From the NCBI GenBank assembly GCA_963770895.1, contig CAVYRF010000001.1, positions 544,001-608,000 of the forward strand: a stretch of 64,000 nt of DNA, read 5' to 3'. Positions within the stretch are counted from its first letter, which is position 1. Every line of letters starts with the position of its first letter. Under the pieces are notes generated by a model. It ran no database searches. It was not told where the DNA came from and saw only the letters and a list, made by a program, of their open reading frames with translations. Positions 1 through 8,861 of the stretch are shown here, one piece after another. The DNA is from an uncultured Acidobacteriota bacterium. GTDB lineage: Bacteria > Acidobacteriota > Thermoanaerobaculia > Multivoradales > UBA5704. Both the position numbers and the translations under genes were made by a program.

Positions 1-1545
1 CTGTTGTGTGTACAGGTGAACGGTGAAGACTCCCCAGGCGCAGAGCGCCGCCAGCAGGGCGGCGAGCAGGATGGTGGGGGCCCGCCGCCTGCGCGCCGCG
101 ACCAGCGCCGCGAGGTTGGCCAGGCCCGGCGCCAGCAGCGGCACGCAGGAGGTCATGCGGCGGGCGCCGAAGGAGTGGCCGCCCCACCAGTCGTGCACCG
201 CGGCGTTGACGTAGATCTCGGCGGCGAGCGCGATCAGCAGGACCCAGCGCCAGCGCGCCGGCAGCGGCGAGGCCCAGGGCAGCAGCAGACCCAGGACGCC
301 CAGGGCGAAGACCGGCGACCAGGTGAGCAGACCGCAGTAGCCGGAAGTGAGAAAGTCCAGCAGGTGGGGCTGCAGCCAGCGCATGTAGTCGCCGCCCTGC
401 GGGATGACCAGCCAGGCGCCGGTTTCGAGGTGCCAGACGTGGAGCTGCAGCGACACGACGGCCAGGCAGCCGGCGCCCGCCGCCGCCAGCAGCTTGACCA
501 GCTGGAGCGGCCGCGCCGGCGCGCCACGCCCGCCCAGCAGGGGTGCCAGCGGCACCCACAGCAGCAGGCCGAAGACCGCGTCCTGCCAGCGCACCAGGGC
601 GACCAGGCCCAGCGCCGCGCCGGCCAGCAGGGCGCGATGCGGCACCAGGCCCCGGTCCAGCCAGACCACGCTGGCGAGCAGCAGGCAGGCCGCCGCCGCG
701 CTGGGCAGATGCGACATGGTGTACAGCGCCGGGCCGTAGGCGGCGAGCGGAGTGCAGGTGAGCAGCGCCGCGGTGCCCAGCAGGGCAAGCCCGCGGCCGG
801 CGCCGGCGCGTTCCATGAACGCGAACAGGAACCACCCGGTGCCGGCCAGGAAGATGAGCGACAGCAGGTGCAGCGCGGCGATCTGCACCCGATCCCAGCG
901 TGCCGCGACGTCTGCTTGCGCGCCCTCCGCCCGGCTGCGGTCCGCCCGGCCGCTGTCTGTCACCTGGCTGCCTGGCGCCTGGCTTCCCTCCGCCCGGCCG
1001 CCCTCCGGCTGGACACCCACCGGCAGGCCGCCATGCATCCCGCTGCCTTTGAGCTGGGTGCTTTCCGGCAGGTCGCCCTGCGCCTGGCCGCTGCCGCGCC
1101 AGGGCAGGCCGGCGGCGTAGGCGGGCAGCCAGAGCAGGGCCGGCCCGATGCTGAAGGTGTTCTTCAGGCTGCCGGAGGGCATGGTGGCGGTGAGAAAGGT
1201 GAGCAGTTCGCGCGGCGGCAGGTGCGTGGCCAGGGCGTCGTTGCGCAGGTCGATGTCGCCGTCCTCCACCAGCGAGGAGACCTGCAGAACGTAATAGGTG
1301 TCGTCCCAGCCGGTGCGTGTGCGCACCTCGCCGAAGAGCCAACCGATGGCGAAGACCAGCAGCGCCACCGCCAGTGCGCCGCGCCGCGCTCGCCGGCCGG
1401 CACCCCACATCGTCGCCGTGTTCGCCATCTCCGCGGTCCCCGGCACGGCTCTGGCGGCGGGTCCCGGGGCGCGTTGCGCCTCCGGCCCTGCGGGGGGACC
1501 GGAGGCGGAGGCCCGATCGGGCGACGTCGTGCCGGCTCCGTTCAT
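1..1545 (-). CDS. GT-C-fold polytopic membrane glycosyltransferase-like protein (3' end runs off the window)
   Basis: Not in the ORF track because it has no stop in the window. Read manually from ATG 1545: MNGAGTTS...LAVALLVFAIGWLFGEVRTRTGWDDTYYVLQVSSLVEDGDIDLRND...NTFSIGPALLWLPAY, still in frame at base 1 (ALLAALCAWGVFTVHLYTQQ). An acidic DD after TM1 plus many TM helices is typical of GT-C enzymes. Confidence 0.7.
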   Translation of the reverse strand, partial: MNGAGTTSPDRASASGPPAGPEAQRAPGPAARAVPGTAEMANTATMWGAGRRARRGALAVALLVFAIGWLFGEVRTRTGWDDTYYVLQVSSLVEDGDIDLRNDALATHLPPRELLTFLTATMPSGSLKNTFSIGPALLWLPAYAAGLPWRGSGQAQGDLPESTQLKGSGMHGGLPVGVQPEGGRAEGSQAPGSQVTDSGRADRSRAEGAQADVAARWDRVQIAALHLLSLIFLAGTGWFLFAFMERAGAGRGLALLGTAALLTCTPLAAYGPALYTMSHLPSAAAACLLLASVVWLDRGLVPHRALLAGAALGLVALVRWQDAVFGLLLWVPLAPLLGGRGAPARPLQLVKLLAAAGAGCLAVVSLQLHVWHLETGAWLVIPQGGDYMRWLQPHLLDFLTSGYCGLLTWSPVFALGVLGLLLPWASPLPARWRWVLLIALAAEIYVNAAVHDWWGGHSFGARRMTSCVPLLAPGLANLAALVAARRRRAPTILLAALLAALCAWGVFTVHLYTQQ

Positions 1546-1644
1546 GGGGCGAGACTTTGGCGCATGGTCGATGAGAAGGAGGCGGCGGCGCACGCGGATC
1601 GCTGAGGATGCCTGTGGCTGCCCGCGGGGCCGGCGCGGACGCCG

Positions 1645-2652
1645 CTACTGCGGTGGCAGGAGGCCGCCGGAGATGCCATCGCCGGTCGCGTCGCCCGGCA
1701 GCGTGCCGCCGCCCGTGGCGCCGCCGCCGGTCCGCACGCCGGGCTTGCCGGCGGGGGGCGACCAGATCGACAGACCCGCCTGGGCGCGGCGGCGCAGGAA
1801 GGCGGCCGACCCGACCGGCGGCGTGCCGGCGCCCCTGGCCTGGGCGGACAGGTCGCGCGCGGTGCCGCGCTTGTCGATGCGCGCGCACGCGGGGCAGCGG
1901 AAGACTTCGTAGCGCACGTCGCCCACCAGCTGCTCGGTGCGCTCGGCCATGTCCAGCTCGGCGAACGCGGCTTCACGATCCAGCCGCAGCAGGGTCGCTC
2001 CGCAGTCCGGGCAGCGGCGCGGCCGCCGCCGCCAGAGCAGGCGCCCGACCAGCAGGGCGGCGGCCAGCACCGCCGGCAGCAACCACAGATACGACGACAC
2101 GCCGCCGTTCGCGGCTCGATTGGCCCGAGCGGCCGGAAAGGTGGGGCGCGGCAAGCCCGCCGCGGCTGCCCGGCCTGGCGTGGTTGGCGCCATGGGCGCC
2201 ATGGGCACCGTGGCCGCCGACGGCGATGCCGGCGTCGCGGTCGCGGCCGTCGGCGACGGGGTGGTCCCGGCGGGCGCGCCGGTGGTGGGCGCCGTCGCCG
2301 GCGGGCTGGTCTGGCCGGACTGGCTGGGTGGGTTGGGCACCAGGGTGACGCTGAACACCTGCGGCTGGTCGGCGTCGGCCTTGGCGCTACCGGCGGCGGT
2401 AGCTGCGGGAGTGGCCGCCGCCGCAGTGGTGGTGGCAGCCGCGGTGGTGGGCGCCGCGGCGGCGGCTGCAGCGGCGGTGACAGGCCGCGCCGCGATGGCG
2501 AGCAGCGCCGCCGCCCACAGCACGGCGGCAAAGAGGATCGGATGCCCGCTGGCCGGATGGCGACTGCTGCTGGCCGGGCAGTGAGAGAACGGACGGTGCC
2601 CGTTGCCGGGCGGGCGGCGAGTCCCGCTGGGCGGGCGACGGAAACCACTCAT
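1645..2652 (-). CDS. Exported/membrane protein with Ala/Pro/Thr-rich linker, TM helix and cytoplasmic zinc ribbon (CPDC...CPAC)
   Basis: Signal-like segment ILFAAVLWAAALLAIAA, TM YLWLLPAVLAAALLVGRLLW, then RRCPDCGATL...YEVFRCPAC. Start moved to ATG 2652: a TAAGAT -10-like box lies 8 nt upstream and the longer ORF crosses a 20-bp-period repeat. Confidence 0.65.
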   Translation of the reverse strand: MSGFRRPPSGTRRPPGNGHRPFSHCPASSSRHPASGHPILFAAVLWAAALLAIAARPVTAAAAAAAAPTTAAATTTAAAATPAATAAGSAKADADQPQVFSVTLVPNPPSQSGQTSPPATAPTTGAPAGTTPSPTAATATPASPSAATVPMAPMAPTTPGRAAAAGLPRPTFPAARANRAANGGVSSYLWLLPAVLAAALLVGRLLWRRRPRRCPDCGATLLRLDREAAFAELDMAERTEQLVGDVRYEVFRCPACARIDKRGTARDLSAQARGAGTPPVGSAAFLRRRAQAGLSIWSPPAGKPGVRTGGGATGGGTLPGDATGDGISGGLLPPQ

Positions 2653-2680
2653 ACCGGCAGATCTTACGCCGGCCGCGGCC

Positions 2681-2760
2681 GCGATGGCCACGGCGCGGCT
2701 GCGGTGGCCACGGCGCGGCTGCGATGGCCACGGCGCGGCCGCGAAGGCCACGGCGCGGCC
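2681..2760. repeat. Intergenic tandem repeat, 4 x 20 bp (gcgatggccacggcgcggc[t/c])
   Basis: Units begin at 2681, 2701, 2721 and 2741 with 0-2 differences each. Confidence 0.9.
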
Positions 2761-2808
2761 GGGGCGGCTGGTGTTGGCCCCACATCGGCTGCGGCGCTGG
2801 TTGCGGGC

Positions 2809-3849
2809 TCAGCAGTCGGGGCCGGGGGTGAACCAGACGGTGAGGCGCCCCTTGGCGTCCTTGAGCTCGACCCAGCCGATCGGATCGCGGGGGTCGTCCA
2901 GGCTGCGCAGGGCGCTGATCGAGAGGTAGTTGCCCTGGCGCTTGAGGGGCACGACGTCGGCGTCCAGGTGGTTGGCGCCGCCGGGCAGTGGCGAGAGGTA
3001 CGTGGCGGCGGCGCCCTTGTCGGGTTTTTCGAACAGCTTGCGCGGCCTGGCGCCGGTCAGGAAGAAGAGATCCAGCTGGTAGCACCGCCAGCTGTCGGCG
3101 TCGCCAAAGTCGAGCAGCACGACGCTGTTGGGAAAGTCGCCGTCGGGGGTGCGGCGCAGCCAGGCCTTGGCGTGGGCGGCGGGATCGAGCGCCACCTCCA
3201 CGTACATGCCCTTGCGGGCCAGCGCCGGATAGCGGCGCACCAACGCGCGGCTGCGATCGACGACCGCGTCGATGCCGATCTGGAAGCGGCTGATCGGATG
3301 GGTGCGGTCCAGCTGCAGGGCGGCGCCGGGGGTGAAGCGGTCGCCGTCCTGGTCGTAGGACTGCAGCGAGGCTTCCTTGCCGTCCGGCCCGATGCCCACC
3401 GAAAGAGTGGCGATGCCGATCATCGTGCGCAGCACCGGGTCGGAGATGTCCGCCGCCTTCACCTGGTAGGTCTCGTCGGCCGGCGTGCGGCCGCGCGGCG
3501 GTGCTGGTGGCGCCGGTTTGGCGGCCGCCGCCGTTGTCGGCGAGGTCGCCGTCGCCGGGGTCGCCGGCCGCGCCGCGCGGCCGCCGGCGCCGGCGCAGCC
3601 GCTCAAGCCCATCCCCGTTCCCAGGGCGGCGCCCAGGCCCAATCCAAGGCCCATTCGCAGGGTCCATCGGAACGCCCGCTGCGATGCCTGCGATGCCTGC
3701 GGTGCCTGCGGCGCGGGCGCCGACGGCGCCGCAGGTGGCAGTGCTGCCGCCACGGAAGGTGCTGGTATGGACAGTGCCGCCGCAGGCGACGAGCATGCGG
3801 CATCCGCGAGCAGTGAGATACGAGCAGTGTGGGAATCCCGTCGCTTCAT
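2809..3849 (-). CDS. Hypothetical lipoprotein
   Basis: Hydrophobic stretch ending in the lipobox-like GLSG-C, a Pro/Ala linker and a globular C-terminal domain with normal coding composition. Start uncertain. Confidence 0.6.
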   Translation of the reverse strand: MKRRDSHTARISLLADAACSSPAAALSIPAPSVAAALPPAAPSAPAPQAPQASQASQRAFRWTLRMGLGLGLGAALGTGMGLSGCAGAGGRAARPATPATATSPTTAAAAKPAPPAPPRGRTPADETYQVKAADISDPVLRTMIGIATLSVGIGPDGKEASLQSYDQDGDRFTPGAALQLDRTHPISRFQIGIDAVVDRSRALVRRYPALARKGMYVEVALDPAAHAKAWLRRTPDGDFPNSVVLLDFGDADSWRCYQLDLFFLTGARPRKLFEKPDKGAAATYLSPLPGGANHLDADVVPLKRQGNYLSISALRSLDDPRDPIGWVELKDAKGRLTVWFTPGPDC

Positions 3850-3974
3850 GGCGCCATTGTGCTCCGCGGCGGCGCCGGCCGCCAAGGGCCGGCCCCCGGC
3901 GGCGGGCGGCCAATTGGGCGGTGGGTCAGCCTCCTGGGTCAGGGGCGTGGGCTGGCGTCGTAGAATGAGGCGCG

Positions 3975-5261
3975 ATGCCGGATCTGAGTCTTTCCACGGC
4001 CGGCGGCGCCGACCAGGATCGCCGCGACGGAGTGCGGCCGGCGGTTGCCGCGGCGCCGCTGGTGCACGTCGACAGCGACGCGGCGCTGGCGGCGGCGGCG
4101 CGCCGCTGGCTGGCGGCGCCGGCGGTGGCGCTGGACACGGAATTCGTGCGCGAGCGCACCTTCTTTCCGCGCCTGGGCTTGATCCAGGTCGCCGACGGCG
4201 AGGCTTCGTACCTGGTCGATCCGCTGGCGATCACGGACCTGGCGCCGCTCGCCGAGCTCTGCCGCGCCAGCGCCACGGTCAAGGTGGTGCATTCGGCCAG
4301 CGAGGACGTCGAGGTGCTGCACCGCGCGCTGGGCGTGGTGCCGGCGCCGCTCTTCGATACGCAGGTGGCGGCGGGGATCGCCGGCGTCGGCCTCTGCCTG
4401 GGCTACCAGCGGCTGGTGCTGGCGCTGCTGGGGGTGGAGCTGGCCAAGGGCGAAACGCGCACCGACTGGCTGGCGCGGCCGCTGTCGGCGGCGCAGATGG
4501 CCTATGCCGCCGAAGACGTCGCCTTTCTGCTGCCGCTGTACGAACGGCTGCGCGGCGAGCTGGCGCTCCTGGGGCGGCTGGAGTGGGCGGCGCAGGATTC
4601 GGCGGCGGTGCTCGATGTCACGCGGCTGGAGGTGCCTCCCGAGGCCGCCTACCGCCGCCTGCGGGGCGCCGGCCGCCTCAACCGGCGCCAGCTGGGCGTG
4701 CTGCGGGCGCTGGCGGCGTGGCGGGAGACCGAGGCGCGCCGGCGCGATCTGCCGCGCGGCTTCGTGCTGCGCGACGAGCCGCTGCTGCAGATGGCGTCGC
4801 GGGTGCCGGTCACCGGCGAGGAGCTGCGCCGGGTGCCGGCGCTCGACGTGCAGCAGGCGGCGCGCTCGGGCGGGCAGTGGCTGGAGCTGATCCGCGCCGC
4901 TCTCAGCCAGGACCCGGCCGATCTGCCGATGGTCGCCTGGCGGCCGCCCAACTCGGCGCCGGTGCGCGACCTGGAGGGCCGCCTGCGGGAGGTGGTGCGC
5001 CAGCGCGCGGCGGCGCTCGCCCTGCCTCCCGAGCTGCTGGCGCCGCGCCGGGCGCTGGACGCCGTGCTGCGCAGCACGCTCGCCGACGGCGCGCCGCGGC
5101 TGCCGCGCGAGCTGGAAGGCTGGCGCCGCGCGGTGGTGGGCGAAGAGCTGCTCCAGGCCGCCGCCGCGACCGGTACCGCAACCGACGCCGCGCCCGATGC
5201 CGCAACCGACGCCGCGTCCGGAGCCGCATCCGACGCTACGTCCGACGAGACCGACGCCTGA
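3975..5261 (+). CDS. rnd: Ribonuclease D (DEDDy 3'-5' exonuclease + HRDC)
   Basis: Motifs ALDTEFVRERTFFPRLGLIQV, HSASED, FDTQVAA, TDWLARPLSAAQMAYAAEDV; HRDC-like WRETEARRRDLPRGFVLRD; C-terminal GWRRAVVGEEL. Confidence 0.93.
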   Translation: MPDLSLSTAGGADQDRRDGVRPAVAAAPLVHVDSDAALAAAARRWLAAPAVALDTEFVRERTFFPRLGLIQVADGEASYLVDPLAITDLAPLAELCRASATVKVVHSASEDVEVLHRALGVVPAPLFDTQVAAGIAGVGLCLGYQRLVLALLGVELAKGETRTDWLARPLSAAQMAYAAEDVAFLLPLYERLRGELALLGRLEWAAQDSAAVLDVTRLEVPPEAAYRRLRGAGRLNRRQLGVLRALAAWRETEARRRDLPRGFVLRDEPLLQMASRVPVTGEELRRVPALDVQQAARSGGQWLELIRAALSQDPADLPMVAWRPPNSAPVRDLEGRLREVVRQRAAALALPPELLAPRRALDAVLRSTLADGAPRLPRELEGWRRAVVGEELLQAAAATGTATDAAPDAATDAASGAASDATSDETDA

Positions 5262-5374
5262 CCGGCGTCAGTACGGCTTGCGGCCGTCGTCTGGCCCGTC
5301 ATCGGGCCGTCGTGCGGCCGTCGTCCGTCCGTCTGGAGTCGCATCTGTTTGGCAAAGTTCGCAAGGAGAGATTC

Positions 5375-5734
5375 ATGGAACGCATCAATCTGGCCGAAAA
5401 ATTGGCGCTGTTCAGCGATCATTTCAGTCCCAAGGTGGTGGCCGAGCTCAACGGCCAGCAGGTCAAGCTGGTCAAGTTGCAGGGGCCGTTCGTCTGGCAT
5501 CACCACGACCATGAGGACGAGCTGTTCCTGGTCGTCGCGGGCCGTTTCTGCATGGAGTTCCGCGATCGCGAGGTGTGGCTGGAGCCGGGCGAAATGATCG
5601 TCGTGCCGCGCGGCGTCGAGCACCGTCCCAACGCCCCCGCCGAAGTGGCGATCCTGCTGTTCGAGCCCGCCTCGACGCTCAACACCGGCAACGTCACGGA
5701 CTCCCGCACGGTGGCGCAGCTCGACCGCATCTGA
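5375..5734 (+). CDS. Cupin-domain protein (mannose-6-phosphate isomerase-like)
   Basis: MERINLAEKLALFSDHFSPK...FVWHHHDHEDELFLV...IVVPRGVEHRP; AAGGAGAG RBS upstream of ATG 5375. Confidence 0.92.
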   Translation: MERINLAEKLALFSDHFSPKVVAELNGQQVKLVKLQGPFVWHHHDHEDELFLVVAGRFCMEFRDREVWLEPGEMIVVPRGVEHRPNAPAEVAILLFEPASTLNTGNVTDSRTVAQLDRI

Positions 5735-5742
5735 CCGCCGTC

Positions 5743-8031
5743 CTACGGGCGGCCGTGGCCGCGCAGCACGCGCGCGATCTGGGCCGGCGTGAGCGCCGCC
5801 GGGGATTCTGGCGCGGCGGCCGCATCGACCTGGGCATCCTCCGTGGCGGCCATGGCGGCGCCGGCGCTCCGGTTCAGGCGGTCGCTTGCGGCGGGCGGCG
5901 GCAGGCGGGCGCGGGCCGCCAGCTCCGGGTCCAGGAAGTAGGGCAGGCGCAGGGCGCGGATGGGCGCGTGGCCGGCGGCGAAGACCAGCGCCTGGTCGGC
6001 GGGGAGCCGGCGCACCTCGTCGGGCGAGAGCAGCGCGCGGCCCAGCTCGCCGCGCGCCAGGCTGGTGCGCTGCGGCGCGAGCGCGCTGGCGCCGGTGTGC
6101 AGCGAGCGGCGGAACAGGTTGATGGTGCGCAGGCCGGTCATGCGGCTGAGCAGCTCGGCGGTTTCCAGGTCGGCCGGGGTGAAGGCAACCTGCAGGCCGC
6201 AGTTGGCGGTGATCGACTGGTAGGGGCCGTAGATGTCGAGCAGCTGCACCAGCGCCTGGATCGACAGGTAGACGCGGATGTCGTAGCCCCGCAGGTAGGC
6301 CAGGGCGCGGCCAAAGAAGTCCAGGCGGCCCAGGGCGGTGAACTCGTCGAGCAGCAGCAGCAGCGGCCGCCGGCGGGGCGCCTCGCCGGCGGCGCGGTCG
6401 GTGCCATGACCGGCGGCGTGTTTGGCGGCATTACCGGCGGCGTGACCCGCGGCGCCCGCGGGAGCGCCCGCGGTGGACGGCACGCGGGGCGGGGTGGTGG
6501 TCAGCGCGCGGCACAGCTGGTTGAGCACCAGGCGCAGCGGCGCGCGCAGGCGCTCCAGCTCGCCGGGCGGCAGGGTGATGTAGAGCGACACCGGGCGCTC
6601 GCCCGCCACCAGGTCCAGCGCGGCGAAATCGCAGGCCGCGGTGTTGGCCGCCAGGATGGGATCGCGGAACAGGTCCAGCTGGGCCTGGGCGGTGGCGATG
6701 ACCCCGGACGCCGTGCGCGGGTCCATGTCCAGCAGGGCGCGCGCCGCGCCGGCGACGACGGGATGGGTGGGCGTCGGCGCGCCGCGGCCGTCGCCGTCGT
6801 GCTCCTGCCAGCCGCGAGCCAGCGTCGGGTCGTGGCGCGTCGCCAGCATGGCTTCGAGCGTCCGCTGGATCGGCTGCGCGGGGTCGGACAGCAAGCGGGC
6901 GCAGCCGGCCAGGGTCTTGTCCGGCCGCGCGTACAGGACGTGGAGCAGGGTGGCGACCAGCAGCGCGTGCGCCCGCTGCTCCCAGAACGTGCGCGGCCGA
7001 TCGCGCCCGGCGGGATCGATCAGCACGTCGGCCACCGCCTGGGCGTGCTGCACGTCGGTCAGGTCGCGCGGGATGGCGAGCAGCGGGTTGTAGGCCGCCG
7101 TCGATCCGTCGGCGGCCGACGGGTCGAAGCGCAGGCAAGCCTGGCCCAGGACGCTGCGGCGATAGCCGGCGGTGTGCAGCCACAGCTCGCCCTTGATATC
7201 CAGCACGACCACCGACGAAGGCCATTCCAGCAACGTCGGGATCACCAGGCTGGTGCTCTTGCCCGAGCCGGTGGGGGCAAAGGCCAGGACGTGGCGGTCG
7301 CCGCGGTCGCGCAGGCGATGCAGCCGCCCGCCGGGGTCGCGCCAGCCTCCCAGCACCACGCCGGGAGGAGGGGCTGCCGCCGGGGGACGCCGGCGGCCGG
7401 CGCGCCGGCCGGCGACCGGCGGTGGATCGAGGAGGGCGGCGGCGGCGACTTCGCGCGGCGCCGCCCAGTGGCTGGAGCCGTGGGTGTCGCCGGTTTCAGC
7501 CAGGTGGCGCAGCCGCTCCCAGGCCAGCGCCAGCGACGCCGCGGCAAGCGTTGCCGCGGTGCCGCCCAGCACCGCCCGCGCCAGGCGCAGGTCGGCGGCC
7601 AGCGCCGGCCGGCCGCCGTAGCGCACCCCCCAGCGCAGCACGGCCAGCGGCGGGTAGAGCGGCGTCACCGCGGCCAGCCAGAGCGTCAGCACCAGCGGCA
7701 GCCCCGGCGCCGCGCCCAGGCGCCACTGCGGCCGCGCCGCCAGCCACGCCAGGGCCAGCGTGCTGGCCGCGGCGATGGCAAGCAGGCGCGGCTGCGGGTA
7801 GCTCGGCAAGCGGAGCCAGGGCGGCCCCAGCGGTGCCAGCCAGCGCCAGCGCGCCGCCAGCACGCAGGACGCGGCCAGCAGCGCCGCGCCCAGGTCTGCC
7901 GCCAGCGCGGCCGCGACGGCGCCGGCGATGCGCCGCGCGCGGCCCGGTTCGTACGTCGGCAGCCGGTACAGGGTCTCCACAGGCTCGCCGGCGGCCGTGC
8001 CCGGCGGGCCGTTTGACTGCCGAGCGGTCAT
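5743..8031 (-). CDS. virD4: Type IV coupling protein, VirD4/TraG family
   Basis: THGSSHWA, Walker A APTGSGKST, VVLDIKGELW..TAGYR, YNPL, Walker B LLLLDEF, SIQALVQLLDIYG, RALLSPDEV. True start ATG 8031 overlaps the traF stop. Confidence 0.92.
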   Translation of the reverse strand: MTARQSNGPPGTAAGEPVETLYRLPTYEPGRARRIAGAVAAALAADLGAALLAASCVLAARWRWLAPLGPPWLRLPSYPQPRLLAIAAASTLALAWLAARPQWRLGAAPGLPLVLTLWLAAVTPLYPPLAVLRWGVRYGGRPALAADLRLARAVLGGTAATLAAASLALAWERLRHLAETGDTHGSSHWAAPREVAAAALLDPPPVAGRRAGRRRPPAAAPPPGVVLGGWRDPGGRLHRLRDRGDRHVLAFAPTGSGKSTSLVIPTLLEWPSSVVVLDIKGELWLHTAGYRRSVLGQACLRFDPSAADGSTAAYNPLLAIPRDLTDVQHAQAVADVLIDPAGRDRPRTFWEQRAHALLVATLLHVLYARPDKTLAGCARLLSDPAQPIQRTLEAMLATRHDPTLARGWQEHDGDGRGAPTPTHPVVAGAARALLDMDPRTASGVIATAQAQLDLFRDPILAANTAACDFAALDLVAGERPVSLYITLPPGELERLRAPLRLVLNQLCRALTTTPPRVPSTAGAPAGAAGHAAGNAAKHAAGHGTDRAAGEAPRRRPLLLLLDEFTALGRLDFFGRALAYLRGYDIRVYLSIQALVQLLDIYGPYQSITANCGLQVAFTPADLETAELLSRMTGLRTINLFRRSLHTGASALAPQRTSLARGELGRALLSPDEVRRLPADQALVFAAGHAPIRALRLPYFLDPELAARARLPPPAASDRLNRSAGAAMAATEDAQVDAAAAPESPAALTPAQIARVLRGHGRP

Positions 8032-8861
8032 GGCCGGGGCGGCGGTTTCGCCACCGCGCCCAACCGCCGCGAAGGTGAACGTGGAGGTGAAGGCGAAGGT
8101 GGGGTGGGCAGGCGGGCTTTGGCCGCGCTGGCGCCGGCGTCGACCGCTCCGACGGTGCTGGCGGCGACGCTGGCGGCGGCGTCCGGGCGCGCCAGCCACA
8201 GCGGCTGGAGGGTGCCGCGCAGTGCGCCGGTGGCGGCGGGGCCGAAGTAGCGGCTGTCGAAGGAGCGAGGATGGGGCGCGTAGAGCCAGACCTCGCCCGG
8301 CGCAAGACGGCGGCGGCCGAAGGCGGCGTGCTGCAGCGGCCGGCCCGCGGCGTCGGCCGGCAGCGGCCGCGATGCCGGCACCAGGCGCCCGCCCAGGCGC
8401 AGGCCGGCCGGCGACAGCTCGACGACGTCGCCTGCCGCGGCCACCAGCAGCTTGCCGAGCGGCCGCACGCCGCCTGGACACGAGCCGGGCGCCAGGTAGC
8501 GCCGGATGCTGGCAAGCCGCGCCGCCGCGGCAGGCGGGCAGACGAGCACCAGGTCCATCCGGCCCGGCGGCGTGGCGCGCAGCAGGTAGAGGCCGCGCGG
8601 CAGCGAACCCGAGGTGTTGTAGCGGACCCCGACCGCGGCGGCGATCGCGATGGCGGCGATGACGAGCACGCCGGCGCCGATCGCGATCGCCGTCCCCGCC
8701 GCCGGTGCGCGAGCGGCAGCGCGGCGCAGGATCGCCCGCCCGCGCCGCAGGATCGACAGCCCGCGGCGCAGGATCGCCCGCCCGCGGCAGCGGCGCCGCC
8801 AGCGGTCGCGCCAGCAGGCCGCTCGCCGCGGAAGCCACGCTGGGCAGGGGGAGCGGTTCAT
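8028..8861 (-). CDS. traF: Conjugative transfer signal peptidase, TraF/S26 family
   Basis: NTSGSLPRGLY (catalytic Ser), CP...RRYLAPGSCPGGVRPLGK (Lys), SFDSRYFGP. Start ATG 8861 overlaps the relaxase stop. Confidence 0.88.
   Translation of the reverse strand: MNRSPCPAWLPRRAACWRDRWRRRCRGRAILRRGLSILRRGRAILRRAAARAPAAGTAIAIGAGVLVIAAIAIAAAVGVRYNTSGSLPRGLYLLRATPPGRMDLVLVCPPAAAARLASIRRYLAPGSCPGGVRPLGKLLVAAAGDVVELSPAGLRLGGRLVPASRPLPADAAGRPLQHAAFGRRRLAPGEVWLYAPHPRSFDSRYFGPAATGALRGTLQPLWLARPDAAASVAASTVGAVDAGASAAKARLPTPPSPSPPRSPSRRLGAVAKPPPRP

Noticed and set aside
8032-8838. N-terminal extension giving a 1031-aa VirD4
   Set aside because: It overlaps traF in another frame; the ATGA overlap at 8028-8031 marks the true start.
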